Of a DNA stretch of 64,000 nt, positions 13,342 through 27,239 are shown piece after piece. Under the pieces are notes generated by a model that saw only the letters and a program-made list of their open reading frames with translations, ran no database searches and was not told the DNA's origin. Position 1 is the stretch's first letter; each line of letters starts with the position of its first letter. The position numbers were made by a program, and so were the translations under genes. Source of the stretch: Vicugna vicugna (lineage: Eukaryota); the NCBI GenBank assembly GCA_013265495.1, contig MU058636.1:868001-932000 (forward strand), in the 5' to 3' direction.

Positions 13342-16300
13342 CACTAGGCTGTTTCCCCAAAGACACTGGATCTGGTGAGGAAAAAAGAACAAGGAAGCAG
13401 CTTAGTCAAATCTTCGGAAAATACTTTGTCTTGAATTATAATTACTTTAATGTTTTATGCAAATTTCTTGACATTGATAATAAAATCACTTTGAATAGCA
13501 GTAGCCCTGTAGGGAATATATTTTTCTGAGAAGGGTTTTTTCATGGGTAGGGGAATTTCAGGCAAGTTTAACATATTTAAGAGATGCTGGAGCTCTTTCA
13601 AAGCGTCCTCCTTTAGTACTTTCCTAAATTGTCTGAGTAGTGTACAGCTAACATATATTATTGTTATAATCATATAGGACCAGGAGACTGAGGAAAATGT
13701 CTGCTTAGGCTTTCATTAAAGTTTACACATAATATTCAGTGTCGTTTGGTGTATTTTATTTTATGTAGGTAGAGGAAGATTACTATTAAAAATAAAGCCA
13801 CACATACACTTTTTTTTTCTGCCTAAAAAGAGGGGCCAGTACATTCTTCAAAGGGGAAGAAAAAGCAGAAAGGACACTGACTTTGTTCAAATGCTGACAG
13901 AGGTGGAGCAGCGAAGGCCGCGCGCGGCCTGTGTCCTCGCCTCTGCTCGGCTTCCGCCCCTTCTCCGTCCTTCCGTTTCCTTGGAGTGAGTGTTGGCAAC
14001 GTAGTAAGCATGTTTCTTTAAAACAGAGCTTTTTTGAAGAAAAATGCTTTATGATTGTCAGGTTTAATCACTGCCTATTACTTGAGATTTGCTGCATTTA
14101 TTGGGAATAAGTGAAAATAAATAAATCTCCAAAGATTTACTCAATTTTGTTGTTTGTTTAATTGTGTAACTAGTAAAAAGTATAAAATTGCATCCATAAA
14201 ATTTAGGCTTAAAGATAAAACGTGGGTTCTATGATAAGAATGGACTAAGGCCAACTTAAATGAGACTTGCATTAATTTCAGTTAGTATGATGGATGTTGT
14301 GCTTATTCTGTAGTATGTTTCTTAAATAACCAGTTGGGTGGTTTTCCTTCTTGGAAGTGTTTGATTGTGAGCAGCCCATTTGGTTTCTTCATACAGGCTG
14401 CGTTTGTGTAATTTTGATACTGATGTTGAGCATACTCGGTGAAGTGCGTTCTGTTGTTTGTAAATAGTGAGCAAGTGGCCCACTTAGTTTTACTAAATAG
14501 CACAACTGCAAATGTACATGCTAATATGGGCAGATTACAAATTGATTATAAAATCCTGTGTTACTTGGTTTGCATATTGCTTCTAGTCTACTTTTCCTTA
14601 GATTCTGGATGAGTCTTTTCAGATCTTTATCAGCACAATGCTAGAATCTTTTTAGTCAAATTTCTCACTGATCAAGAATAGATTCTCTGTTTTTCTTCTA
14701 TAAATTATACGGAAGATAGCCTGTTTACCATGGTATGTAAATACCTATCTAAAGGTAATGTGAGCACAAGAATGAGATTATAAATTTATCTGTTTAAAAC
14801 TATGTGGCTAATCTTAGGACAGAGCTTTCAGTGTATTATTATAGGTTTTAAAGACATAATCAACATTAAAATTTTTTTGATAAATTACTAAAAATAAAAC
14901 TCAATTAAAAAAAGAACAGATATTTTAAATAATTTCATCAAGCTTTTTAAAAACATACAATTTCAGAAAATATTTTTGAGTAATCCTGAAAATCAACCGA
15001 AAGTATTATCTGAGTTTTAAGTCACATATATCTTTTATCTATTTTTAATGTAATTGATGGCTCACACCATTATGTAATTTTAACTGCTCCCACTTTTATA
15101 ACCAAATTTACTATTATCCAGAGCAGTGTGTTTCTTAAAACAGGAAAGATTTGGGAAAGTTTTATCTAAAGGACTTCTGAGTCACATTATTAAAGATGAG
15201 AGTTTACCAGGTCCCTACCAGGTCACCCTACTTTTTTTCCTTTGGGCCTTTGGACTTTTACGTTAGATAAAGAGAAATACACTGTTTGTAGTGAGAATAC
15301 CAAGCAAAGGTTTTTCCAAAAAAAAGTTTCTGAAATCTGTGAATTATATTCAGGAAAAGCATATAAAAATTAACACCTCAGTCTAACTTTCTAGTAATGA
15401 AGTCAGGCCTTAGAGTATTATATAATTTTTCCGATTTCTGAAGATTTGCCAAAGTAGTTTAATCTTTAAAGGCAATATATTAGATAAGGCTTTCTCTTAT
15501 CTCAGCTAAAATTGTTGCCTAAACCTGGTTTAAGTCACTGGTGCCCATGATCACATGCATCTCTCATTCATCCTTTTCCAGTTTGATAACTCTCTCTCGT
15601 TACTGGATAGAGGCGAATGAGAAATGTCCAGACAAGAGGGGAAAAGTAAGCCTTCCTACAGGCGTAAGCGTGAGCAGCTAGCCGCATTTCCAAGTCAGTT
15701 CAACCTAAAAGTTCAAGATTTTCTGTAAATTATTGTAAATGTTGTCCTAATCAACACAGAGGAATTATTTTTTAGATTTAGTAAAATTAAAAAAAAATTT
15801 CTTAGGTACAATTCAGTACTGATTCAGCAATAGTTATTGAATTAACTTGAAAAAATATTTCTTTATTAAAGTTTCCCACTCTCCAGTACAGCTGGATTTT
15901 GCTTTTCCTTTTTACTATATCACTTTGTTATAATTACCTATATCTGTTTCTAATTATTTAATTTATATATAATTTGCCTCCAGATTTATGTCATGCCGTA
16001 GAGTACTCTAAGTAGGTTTACAAGCTGAGGAGTCCTAACTCTTGGCACTAAAATCGCTGTCTGATTGCTAAGATTAGTTTCAACTCTGAATTTCCAGTCT
16101 TTTCAAGTCACAGATAAGCTTGTAATTCAGGTCAGTGCAGTTTAAGATAATTATTTAACAAAAATATAAAAGGTAGAAGGTATAGTGCTAATTTTTTTAA
16201 CTCATTAGTTCGAAAATCTGTTTAAATAAATACCATGTGCCATTTGAAATGAAGACCATTTTTGTTTTTCCTGGTTTCATAGACTAATAGACCGTGAAGT

Positions 16301-16729
16301 TGAAAGACATCTTAGAAATGACCACTCTCATCCCTTTGCTGGGGTTCTTGGTAAGACCTGCAGCAGGTAACCGTCCTGCGATTGCTCAGCGTTTCCAGCT
16401 GTAAGCCTTGGAGGATAGAGTTGAGAATTTAGGATTCATGACACTTCATCCTTTGATCCTCTCTCTTCTTTTGACTGATCTTCTCTTTCATTTTTTTCCC
16501 CTCTGATTAACACCAGCTGGTAAATTCAAAAGTTGTCTGGGTTGTCATGGTGAAGAGGGACAGAATCAGAAAGTAAAAAGAGCTGGGTGAAAAGTGGGGA
16601 GAAGAGAGGAAAGATAAAAGGAAAAATAAGAAAAATAAGGGGGTTGCATATGGTGGGGGCGGTAAAGGATCCTAGGTTTTCTGTCCTGAGTGATCAGTTT
16701 TCATCATCATGAGTTGGAAGGAGAATTGA

Positions 16730-17075
16730 GCCCCCTGTTGTAGTAGACTTGAGATTTGTTTGAATCTTGCTTCCACCACTTAATTACGTAACCTTTGGAA
16801 GGATTAATCTAAGTGCTGCCTTCCTCATTTACAAAATAGAGCCAGGCCCATATTTTTGTCTTTTCGATAGAGATTCGTCTGTGGTGTTAGGACTGCCTAG
16901 CGTAGTAAGTGTTCAGGCAGTGTGCGTTACTTCCAGTCCAGTGTCAGGTCGCCCTAGGACTATAAGTACCTTGGGGGCAGGAACTTCGTCCATTTCATGT
17001 ACTGCTGCATCACTAGTACCCAGAGTGGCGCATATTAGATGTGCAGTAAATACATATTCACTGAATGAATGGATT
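16730..17075 (+). mobile_element. MIR fragment followed by L2 3' end
   Basis: ttcctcatttacaaaatag MIR core; cagtaaatacatattcactgaatgaatgg L2 tail. Confidence 0.6.
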
Positions 17076-18029
17076 CTTATCAACTCTACCTTCAAAACAT
17101 AGATTGAGCTAAGACCCTTCTATTACTCAGATTTGAATATAGCACAGTGGCCATTGGTCCCAGTCATCTGAGAAAAGACACAGTGTCTTTTCTCAAAGAA
17201 AAGTAAACTGCAGTGCTTGTTTTCAGGGAGAAGAAGCTGTGGGAAGAGTAAACCATGAAAAGAAGGCAAATTTAGCAGGGATTCTGCAGTTCTCCCAGTT
17301 CAGGGTCCCTGGATCAATCCCATAAATCAGGAGCCAGACTAACAGGGAGATTCTAAAATTCCTTGCTGCCAGGACATGGATTAGGTTTTTCCAGGTAGGC
17401 TTCCAGGTCTGCCAGTTCATGTCATTAACTCCTGTTCATTGACCCTACATAACTTGACATCCCATTTCACACAGTTGAATGTTTTGCACTCCACTCCTTG
17501 CCTTGTGAATTTGCTTCTTATCATTTCTATCACTGCTGTTCTATTTCAAGGTACTTGGATTACTGAGAAAACACCAGGTGATCTTCTCTGCTTGTGTCTT
17601 ATGTTTCTGTGGTCCAGCATCTACAAGCTGTCAGAATCATCCTACTAAAAAGTAAATCCCATTATGTCATCACCCTCCCTAAAATTCCTTAGTAGCCTCC
17701 CACCTGTGAGACTGGGACACTCAATCTGTCCTAAACGTTTCGTATTATGTCTTTTTACTGCACAGGCTGGAAAGCTGAAAGCTGCAGCATTGTCTATGTA
17801 TCAGTAAGACAGAAAACATGCTGCCAGTTCAGCTGTCGTCCTTAGAGCTCAGAAGACATAACCCAATTACAGAAATAGTAGAATTTTAAAAGGAAAGTAA
17901 ACACTGGAATCTATAAGTGCATTTTCCCCTTGTCATTTGGTTGTGGTGAATAGCTAGGACTGACTGACTAATGCAGTGGCAAATAATTGGGGTGACTTTT
18001 TCTGTCTTTAATAAGAATTATTAAGTCTC

Positions 18030-18545
18030 ATCATTTTGTGTGATTATTCTGGGGTTTTGGTGGTTACCTTTTACCAGGTTAAAGATGTTCCCTTCTACAT
18101 CCATTTAAGTTGGTTGTTTGTAAATCAAAATTGGTTTTATTAAATGCTTTTTCTGCATCTTTTGAGATGGTCATATGGCTACTTCCTTTAATCTCTTAAT
18201 GTGGTAGCTTACATTTATGAGGTTTTGTTTGGTTTTTAATGCTGAACCATACTTGCAATTAGTGAGGTCAGCACTACTTGGTCCTGATTTTTTTTCCCCA
18301 GTCATTATTGGATTCCCTAATATTTTATTGTCTATATTCTCAAGTGAAGTTGGTCAGTAATCTTCTGTTTGTACACTTTGTTTTGTTATCATGATTAGCT
18401 TCAGAAAATGTTAGTCTCTGAAATAGCTTGTATAATGTAAGAGTTGTTCTTGAAAGGTTGGTAAAAATCATCTGTAAAACTGATTCTGGTACATTGAAGT
18501 GAAGATGGATGGTTTTTGACTACCATTTAAATTTCTTTAATAGGT
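18030..18545 (-). mobile_element. Old L1 ORF2 fragment
   Basis: T-rich antisense L1 motifs (aaatgctttttctgcatcttttgagatggtcatatgg; ttgaaaggttggtaaaa). Confidence 0.7.
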
Positions 18546-18569
18546 GTTGGATTATTCTGGTGTTCTACA

Positions 18570-19270
18570 AAACCCTGGATAAAATTAACATTTTAAAATG
18601 AATACAGATGACCATAATTGACCCTGGGAGAGGTAGAAAAATTAAATAGACTAGTAACCATGGAAGACTTAAAGACATTTGTCACAGGGCTACCTCTAAA
18701 AAACATAACAAATGGAGATGTCTTCACAGTTGTTCAGCCACCAAGCAGCAGGTCCTACATTGTGTAAGCTGTTCTAGAGCAGTGCGAGAAGAGGCTTCCC
18801 TAATGACTGTAGGAAGGAAGCATAACACTGACATAAACCTAACAAAGATAATGAGTCAGTGTCACGTATAAATATTTATGCATATATCTTAAATAAAATA
18901 TTAGCAGACAGGATCCAGAGGAAACATTAAAGAATGCTATGCTCTATGTAAATGAAGCGCATTTCAAGAATGTGTGGATGATTCAGTGTTTGGAGGCCTG
19001 CTAACAAAATTCATATTAACAATGCTAAGAGAACAATGCTATGGCTGTCTCAATAATTGTAAATGTAAAACTTTTGCAAAATTCAGTATTCAGCACTTGA
19101 GAAAATTTAATGCTCATTTCTGGTTGAAATTCTTTAAAAAATAAAGAAGGAAACTTCTAAGCTTAAAGAGTAAGTGTGTATGTGTATATATGTGTGTGTG
19201 TGTATATATCTCAAGTCAATAGCTATTATTCTAACCTTTCTGTTACCACTATTATTTAACAATGTCTGGA
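18570..19270 (+). mobile_element. Old L1 ORF2 fragment
   Basis: Sense L1 RT-region motifs (aaattaaatagactagtaacc; tcttaaataaaatattagca). Confidence 0.6.
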
Positions 19271-22200
19271 ACTATTCTGGTCTGGAAATAACCTAAATAG
19301 ATATGACAGAGGAGGCTAAATAAAGTAGGATAAATACAATAGTGCTGTATTTGTACATTTATTATTTGCTCACTGTTCAGTGAACAAATACAGGAATCAA
19401 AAGAGCCTTTCCAAGATATTTATATAAATATAAATAATACAGATTTGGAGAAATCTAGAATTATGTCCACGAGAATGTTTGTAATAACCTAACTCTTTGA
19501 GGTGAAGTTTCAGGTCAATTTTACTTTCTTAATACATTTCTGTATTTTAATTTTCTGAGAGTGTCTGTTTTTATTACTTTAATTTTTAAAAGCTATTGCT
19601 AATAACTTTTTTTAATCAATAAAAGGCATAAGTGAGTAAAAACTAGATGATGATCAAAAGCAATTAGGGGTATCACATAGGGTGTTACAGAGAAATCATC
19701 TTGGGGGTATCATTTAATCACATGTGGGTACCCTGCTTCCTGGGAAGTTTTTACTTAAGAATCACTTCAGCAGCGAGTCCCTATATGACCAGATTATAGT
19801 GTTAGCTGTCATTGTAATATATTTAGGGCTTTTAATATTTGAGGCACATATTAAATGTTTGATTACATTAGTAACATTTATCTTTGCAACACTAACTTGT
19901 CATTCTTATCCATAAAAATAATAAAGCTGTTGATATTATTTGATCTTCTAATTCTGTCTTTGAGATTCTGTCCCAAGGAAATTACCTGGTAATATGTGTC
20001 AGGGGTTTGTTGGGTGAGGGGTATAATTTATACAATGTCAATGGGAACATCATTAGGGTTGGTGCCAAAAGTGGGGGATGGGGGTGTGGGATACAAACAA
20101 CTGTCTCTTAGTAGAGGAATACTATATAGTTAGTAAAAGTAATATGCAAACCCCCAGATTTGTCAAGAAAGTTGTACTGGGGAAGACAGCACAAAACAGT
20201 ACTACTCAGTGATCACTGTTACGCTACCAGATGTGTAAGTTAACACTGTTTAGGCTAATATTTGGAGTTACAGTGATTTTCAGATTTGATTATTAACTGT
20301 TGGGTACACTTTTTGTAAATTTGGTTAAAATCGTAATGGTGAATGAAACTGAAAAACTAAAGGATTTTTGATATCCCGTCTCTGCCGTTTCCCGGCGTGA
20401 CAGAGTCTGGAGCACAGAGAGTCTCTGCAGGAGCTGTTGTCTCCGTGACACACACATCTTGCTCTAGGAAGTGTCAGTGGGGCTCTTCGGAGCCCAGCAA
20501 CAGAAAACTAGAGGAAAAGCCATGAGACTGTAGAACAAGAGCATGTTTTTTAAATTACAAGAATAGTTTTTTTCTGGGAGAAATAAAATAAGAGAAGGAT
20601 ATCACAGCTTGAAACAGTCAAATAAGTATACTTGAAACACGTGTCTCATTGATTCCGTCCATGGTTCAGCAGGCAGTTCAGGGTGTTCGATAATCAGCTC
20701 TGTGCATAGGATGGCTATTCTTGAAGACGTCTTGATGTTCTAGTACTTCTAAGTCACATTGGACCTCTGGTCTCCATAGCAACAAATAATTTAATGGAGT
20801 ACATGCCTCCTCAGAATGTCACCAGCAAAGTCTTACATGATCTTTTAAGGTGAGTATGTTTGATAGCACATTGAAGATCACGGACTGTTGACCAAAGTCA
20901 TTGTTCTTACTGATTATCTCATGTATTATCACCAACACTTGGAAGCTTTGACTCTAAAGCTAAACACTGCTATCAAATTCTCCCACTGAGAGAAAGAAAA
21001 AAGAAATTAGCTTTTTGGAGAACAGAATATTGTTTCCATGTGACATTAAGTACTAAAACAAGAATTATCCTTCGAGTCTTTTGAAGCCTTCCTTATGTAT
21101 TAGGCAACAAAACAAATACGAGTATTCGTGATCTTTATGGCCTTTCTACCATTTTCTCTTGCGATTTCCATTAGATTACATTCACCAAAAGAATTCAGTA
21201 TTAGATTTGCCTACTAAATCAGAATAGCATACCCTGTGGCATATGGAATGCCACCATGGAAGTTGCCACGAGGAGGGACCCACTGTTTGCAAGTGGTGTT
21301 ATTAAAACAGCACTAACACCTTTCTCTTCTGTCTCTGACTGCACGCATGCCCAAACAGAACGTAAATTTACTTACTTAAGTGTGAGTAGTGACTTTCAGC
21401 CCCTAGACCTGCTTCGTATCATGGAGTAGGCAGTGAGTTGCCTAGCAAAGTAGTTTTTAATTATCAGCCGGAGCCTTGGCCCCAAACCCCAGTACTAGGC
21501 CAGACCTTGACAGAGAAACTGTTTCCCACCAGTGCTCAAACCCAAGCTTGGGACTTGGCCAGTCCAGTTATTCTGTAATAAAATGAAGACCAAGTGAGGG
21601 AGTTTTCCCCCTTGCCTTGTAGCAGGCTGACCAGTACCACCCATCCCAGGCCTCTCAGATCTGCCCAGCTGCTGAATGAGTAAGAAAGCAAAAGAGAGAC
21701 CTTTGCCACTGCATCTGGAAGAAAGGGAGAGGGGTGCCTTGGTGTGCTTGTGCTTTTGCAGGTACGGAGAGGATCTTTCAGGAGCACTTCAGCGTGAGAA
21801 AAATCCACCACCGCAAACCAGCTACTCAGCTTGTAACTTGGGAGGGGGGAGTGGAATTTGGGATGTGTTTGAGGAGTGATGGGTGGTCAGAGAGCCTTTA
21901 ACTCTTAACTATATGTGACTTCATAGTTTGACTTGTTTATAACCCGGATGTGTTCGTCTGTTACTTAAATCGCTAAGAGGGGCGGGGGAAGAATCAGATT
22001 TTGCCTGATGACACAGGAAAGTTCTTGGAGCAGAAAGAATGGGCTAGTGCTGACCTAGTTGCGAAGGGTCCAGCCACAGGACACTGGAAACATGCAGCGC
22101 ACATGTGGCAGGAGTGTGGGGTGCTGGAAGGTGGGGCTGGAGAGATCAGTGGGGTCGAGCTTACAGGTGCCTGGTGTCCCGTTACAAAGGCTTGTCTTAC

Positions 22201-24224
22201 TCACCGACGGGGAGGGGCCAGGGAAAGTGCAAATATTTTACTGATAATAAAGTACAGTGAAAGCATTCAAAGAACCTTTGAAGAGGTTTATCCGTATCTC
22301 TGTTGCTCTGTCCTTTCTTGTCCTAGTCCTTACTCATAGCACTTTTTTTTATCCTAGTTGTGATCACAATCTATGGATCATTTTGTGTTCCACTGTCTTC
22401 ACCTAATCTGGTAATAATTTCCCCTGTTACTGTGGAAGATTTTAAGCAAGGGCGTGACATGATCAGCTTTGTCTTTTAGAGAGAGAACCTTGGGAATGGT
22501 ACAGAAGATGGATGGGAAGAGAATCAGAACGGGGTTCAAGAGATGCTCAGGGAGCCCTGCCCTGATGAACCACAACAAGAGGGTTCTAGCACAAACATGA
22601 AGTAACCTCCTGAGCCTGAGACACTGTGAGTTGAGAGCAAGCCTTTCCCCTCAGCCAGGTAGACAGGCTGCCTGTTCCTCTTGGAGGGCCCTCCCCTGCC
22701 ATCAGCATTTCACAGGCGACTTCGAGATCTGGTTTCTGGTTTCTAGTTTCTCGTTTCATGTGAAGCAGGCTAAGCTCCAAGTCTCTGCAGAGACTCACCG
22801 GTGTTGATTGATTAGCGTGGTGCACGGGAACAGCTTTGTTTGTGCCTGCTGCTCCCTGCGGCTCCTGGGGAACATTGTTCGTGCTTCTCTTCCTTCAGGT
22901 GCTCAGCCAGTTATCTCCATGGGCAGGAGTGTGTGGACGGCGATAGGGGTCCTGAAACAAATCGTTATCATCGTTGTTATTGTTATGGTAATACACATTC
23001 GTCTTCAAACTTGCCGCATAAAGTTACCCCCAGGATGGTACACTTGGAAGAGGGGCTGCGTTGTTCAGAGACGGGGTGGGTTCTGCTGCTGCCCCGGTCT
23101 CGTTGGTTGTCCACTCCCCCTGGTGCCTAGTTTCCTCACCTTAAAAACTGTAGGAATTTTTCACCTCCGAAATGTATATGCTGCCATTTTAGCAGCGTGT
23201 TTTTGCTGAGGATTAGATCTTTCTAGGTGATAGAATGGTACACTGTGTTGTTACCTTGTGTCGCTGACAGCACAGGGGCTGCCACTCAGTTGGCCAGGGA
23301 AGCCTGTGCGCTGGTGACCACTGTAAACAGCCTTCGTTGAAGTCTTTAATTTGATTGTCAGGTTGCTTTGGTCAGTATTTGAAAGGCGCTGTCACCCAGT
23401 TTCACTTTTGTTCAGCAGACTGGTAGGATTACAGCCCGGATCAGGGGGCCGCGGGGTGGCAGCTGAGTGAGGCCTGGGACTGGTCTTCCTTCCCTCCTCC
23501 TCCTCTGCTGCCTCCCCTTCCCTCTCGTCCTCCTTGAAGAGGGGTGGCCCCTCCCAGGATAGTACAGCAGACCCCACTCTAACAGGTTTTACATGGCAGT
23601 TACTCTTACACATTTGCAGAGATTTTAAAACTGAAATACTGCTTTCGTAAAATCTCACCTTAACTGTCAGCTTCCTTTCTTTTTAAAAGATGAAAACCTC
23701 AAAACTGTTCAGGTCATGGGAAATTCCTATTTGCTATCTCATTTAGAAGAGACTTTATTAAATAGATCTCTGTAGAACTTAACTTGAAACATGAGTATAT
23801 ACTGCACCGTTTCCAAAGAAGAATATCAGGTGGCCCGTTCTTTGTAATTAATTTGCTACTTAGTGTTAAATTTCATTTGAAGATTCATTTTCCCTTAAAG
23901 TTGCAGGATATTTTATGCAATTGAAAGAGTTAGGAAGAAGTACAACATTATAACTTTCTGCCAGATGTTCCACAGTCGTGAAAGCCAGCTGATCGCAGCG
24001 CCAAGAAAAGCCTTAGCCCTGCGTGGAGAACAGCACTGTCACACTTGGGCCTTCCTGAGGTCTGCGACTTGCTTTGCATATATACACGTACAGCTGCTTT
24101 GGTTGCTTCTGGGTTTGATATTATGTGGTTTTTTTAAAGGTGGATTTATGTTATATTGGCGTATTGTCTATTTAAGAGAAACCACTACTGTCTACTGAAA
24201 AAAACCACTATTTTGTTTCCACAG

Positions 24225-24282
24225 AAACCTGCTAATATTTTAGTTATGGGTGAAGGTCCTGAGCGAGGAAGAGTAAAAATTG
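24225..24282 (+). CDS. CDK8: CDK8 exon 5 (KPANILVMGEGPERGRVKI)
   Basis: tttccacag acceptor, gtatgt donor, 58 nt. Confidence 0.96.
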
Positions 24283-26567
24283 GTATGTTACATCTTTGAT
24301 AAGTCACAGTGTAGCACTCTTTTAAAACCTTTGCCGGCAGCTTTATCGCTTCTGATTTTTGCTGTAATAATATGCATATATTCACGTAGTTCCATGTGAC
24401 CAATCCACTTGTAAAGAGGACACATTAAAAGTGAAAATTGTCCACACCCTTCAGACGTGTCAGGCACTCCTTAGAGACTGAACTGTTCTAATTACGAAAC
24501 AAGCTGTGCAAGTTTTTTTAGAAATTTTTGCCATCATTGAAAAATAGTGTGTACAGGTTAGTGCCTTCTGTCCCTGCGGGAAGCCAGCCTCACCTTGAGG
24601 AACAAGGGCACACAGCATGCTGGTGATTGCACCCTCCGGGCTGCTCGCCTGAGCCAGATCAGAGCAGACCGTGTGCCTCTCAGCCTCTTCTGGGCTAGGA
24701 TGAGACCAGGAACACTGCCGAGGCTGGGTGGGCACAGAGCCTTCGGTTCTGATGCGCCTTTGCCTGAAGGGGAAAAAGTGAACGAGCAATCTGTACCTCG
24801 GCATGTTTCCTGATAGCTGTTTTCTCATATATCAATGCAAAATTTTATTCATTTCTGGTCTGATAACCTGTAAGGATAGAACTAAATTTATTTACCCTAA
24901 CTGGTTATTTTTTCATTGTCATTTCCAAGTTGTGTTTGTCACATTTATTTAGTTTGTTCTGTGTGAGGGTAGGAGAAATGTAGTAATTAAATTATAATAA
25001 TTTAAAAGCAGCAGGAGTATGGGAGTATATAGTAAAGTAGACAGGAGTTTCCGATTGCAGGGTTTAGTAAAGATTAGAATTATCAACTGACTTGTAGCAC
25101 TTCACCAACCAAGAAAAACCTGGGTGTTCTAACACTTCTTCCTTGTCCTCCCCTAGAAAGTCCCCAAATCTCATTGTTCACTTCTAGTTAGACTCTCAAA
25201 ATACTCTTTTATGGTATGAACTTCGCAAAGTTTTTAGTAGTGTGAAATTTGATGCACCTCAAAGTACCCTAGTCGTGACTTCCTTTGAGAACCAGGCCCT
25301 GTCCGTACTTACCCATAACGTCATCTACACCTGTTAAATCCTGACGTTGCTCTTAAGGGATTTTGTCCAGTCCCACTTGGTGGCATCAAAATCAGATGTA
25401 AGCTCAAAGCATGCAAAGTATAAAAGACCCAGCCAAACAGTATTTACAGATGTGTTCTTTACTGTCAGATTTTGGGAAAATTTATATACTATGTTAAAAA
25501 TAATCTAGTTTGGAATTAAACTTCTGTATAACATGCATGATGTTGGCAGGGTTGGGGGACACTTCACAGCTTAAAGCATTCACAAAGAAGAAATGTTAGT
25601 TCTGCAAACCAGTATTCAGTGAATCTGACTTGTGGTTTTAATTCTTTGCCAAATTTCTGTGGGGTTTTTTTTTAACTTCTATAATTAAGTAGATTAGATT
25701 AGGGTCTCCTTCGTTAAAAATACATCTTAGGAGAGCAAAACTAAACAGATGATACGCGAATCTTGAAATTTTTGAATAGGTGGTATGGATAGTGATTGTT
25801 CACTTAACGTAATACGTGGCAAAAACTTCCTGTCGTGACAGCACTCGATGCTAGAAGGCAGAGAGATGGAGAGCCCAGGTCTTGTCTGTGAGAGGATGAC
25901 GTCAGTAGCCAACAGCCACGCCCGCATGGCTGCCCTCCGAGCTGCGCGCCGCAGCTCCAGCTCTGAGACGGGGGTTTACGACATCAGTCATATCACGTGA
26001 TTCCTTCCAACCTCAGTGTCCTCATTTGAAAAGGGAAATGATTGAATTATATGACCTTGAAAGTCTTTTCCAGCTTAAAAAAATACCATGATTCTTTAAA
26101 ATGACATTAATAAAATTCAACCCAAGTAAGTGAGGGGCAGTAGTGGTGCTAACATACTGCATAGCCAACTTCTGATTACATCAGCAAACACGCTTGCTGA
26201 TGCAGATAATGGAAAGCCTTACTCTAACTGATCTAGTTTCTTGGTGCTTGTGACCAATAAAAAGAATGGAAATGCAGCTTCACAACCCCGTCCCAGTGGT
26301 GGTAAAACAGATGAAATCAATCTGCCCGGAGGAGCAGGGTCGCCCTTGACCTCTGGCAGCAGAACCTGTCTCTAACCCAGTGGGACAGTGAGTGACAAAA
26401 GTTTGCAAGGAACGAAGGTCTCATACTTGTTTTATATTTAGACTTCTGAAAGGGGTGAGATGTTTTGTTGGTCTTCTCTGCCCAGAACTCACACTTTTCA
26501 TATCTTACTGAGTAACAGTGATAAAATTAGAGTAATCAACTAAATTTGTAAAAATCTATTTACTTAG

Positions 26568-26726
<159 letters not shown>

Positions 26727-27239
26727 TAGAACTAATTAAAATTCCATATTTTAAAAGTAGCTTTGTTGTTGTAAAATCTACATATTTCTATGTATTTTTC
26801 AATCAAGTAATATAGAAGATTATAAAAGAGCGAAACTATCCTTAAACTCTGCTACGTAGAGACACCATCGTCAGCATTAGGGGTGTATCGTCCCAGCCAT
26901 CTCTTTCCAGGAGAGAAATAGATGCTAAAACAGTTTTTTACATATATGGGGTCATGCTATGAATTCTAAATAAAAAGTATTTGAAATTTTATTTTATTTA
27001 AAAAGAGAAATAAAACACATGGAAGTTTCTTAATCATTGAGCTTCAGACAAATGTTTCTTTCACTGAAAAAAATAACTAGCTTCTAAAAGATCACCATAA
27101 AATTAAAGGAAAGAAGATCATGAAAGCAGGTGGGAATTTAGAACGTTTTTACCGCTTTCTGAGTTTTGGTCGTTTTGGTTCCTCTCTCTTGGCAGAATTA
27201 GGGAATTAGTGTTGTGCTCCTCCCAGCAGTTCATAAGCC

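Noticed and set aside
18030..19270. Inverted L1 fragments forming a dsRNA hairpin in CDK8 pre-mRNA
   Set aside because: They cover similar ORF2 regions but are too diverged for extended pairing.
26179..26202. 9-bp inverted repeat catcagcaa-N6-ttgctgatg
   Set aside because: Isolated and short, with no supporting context; plausible by chance.
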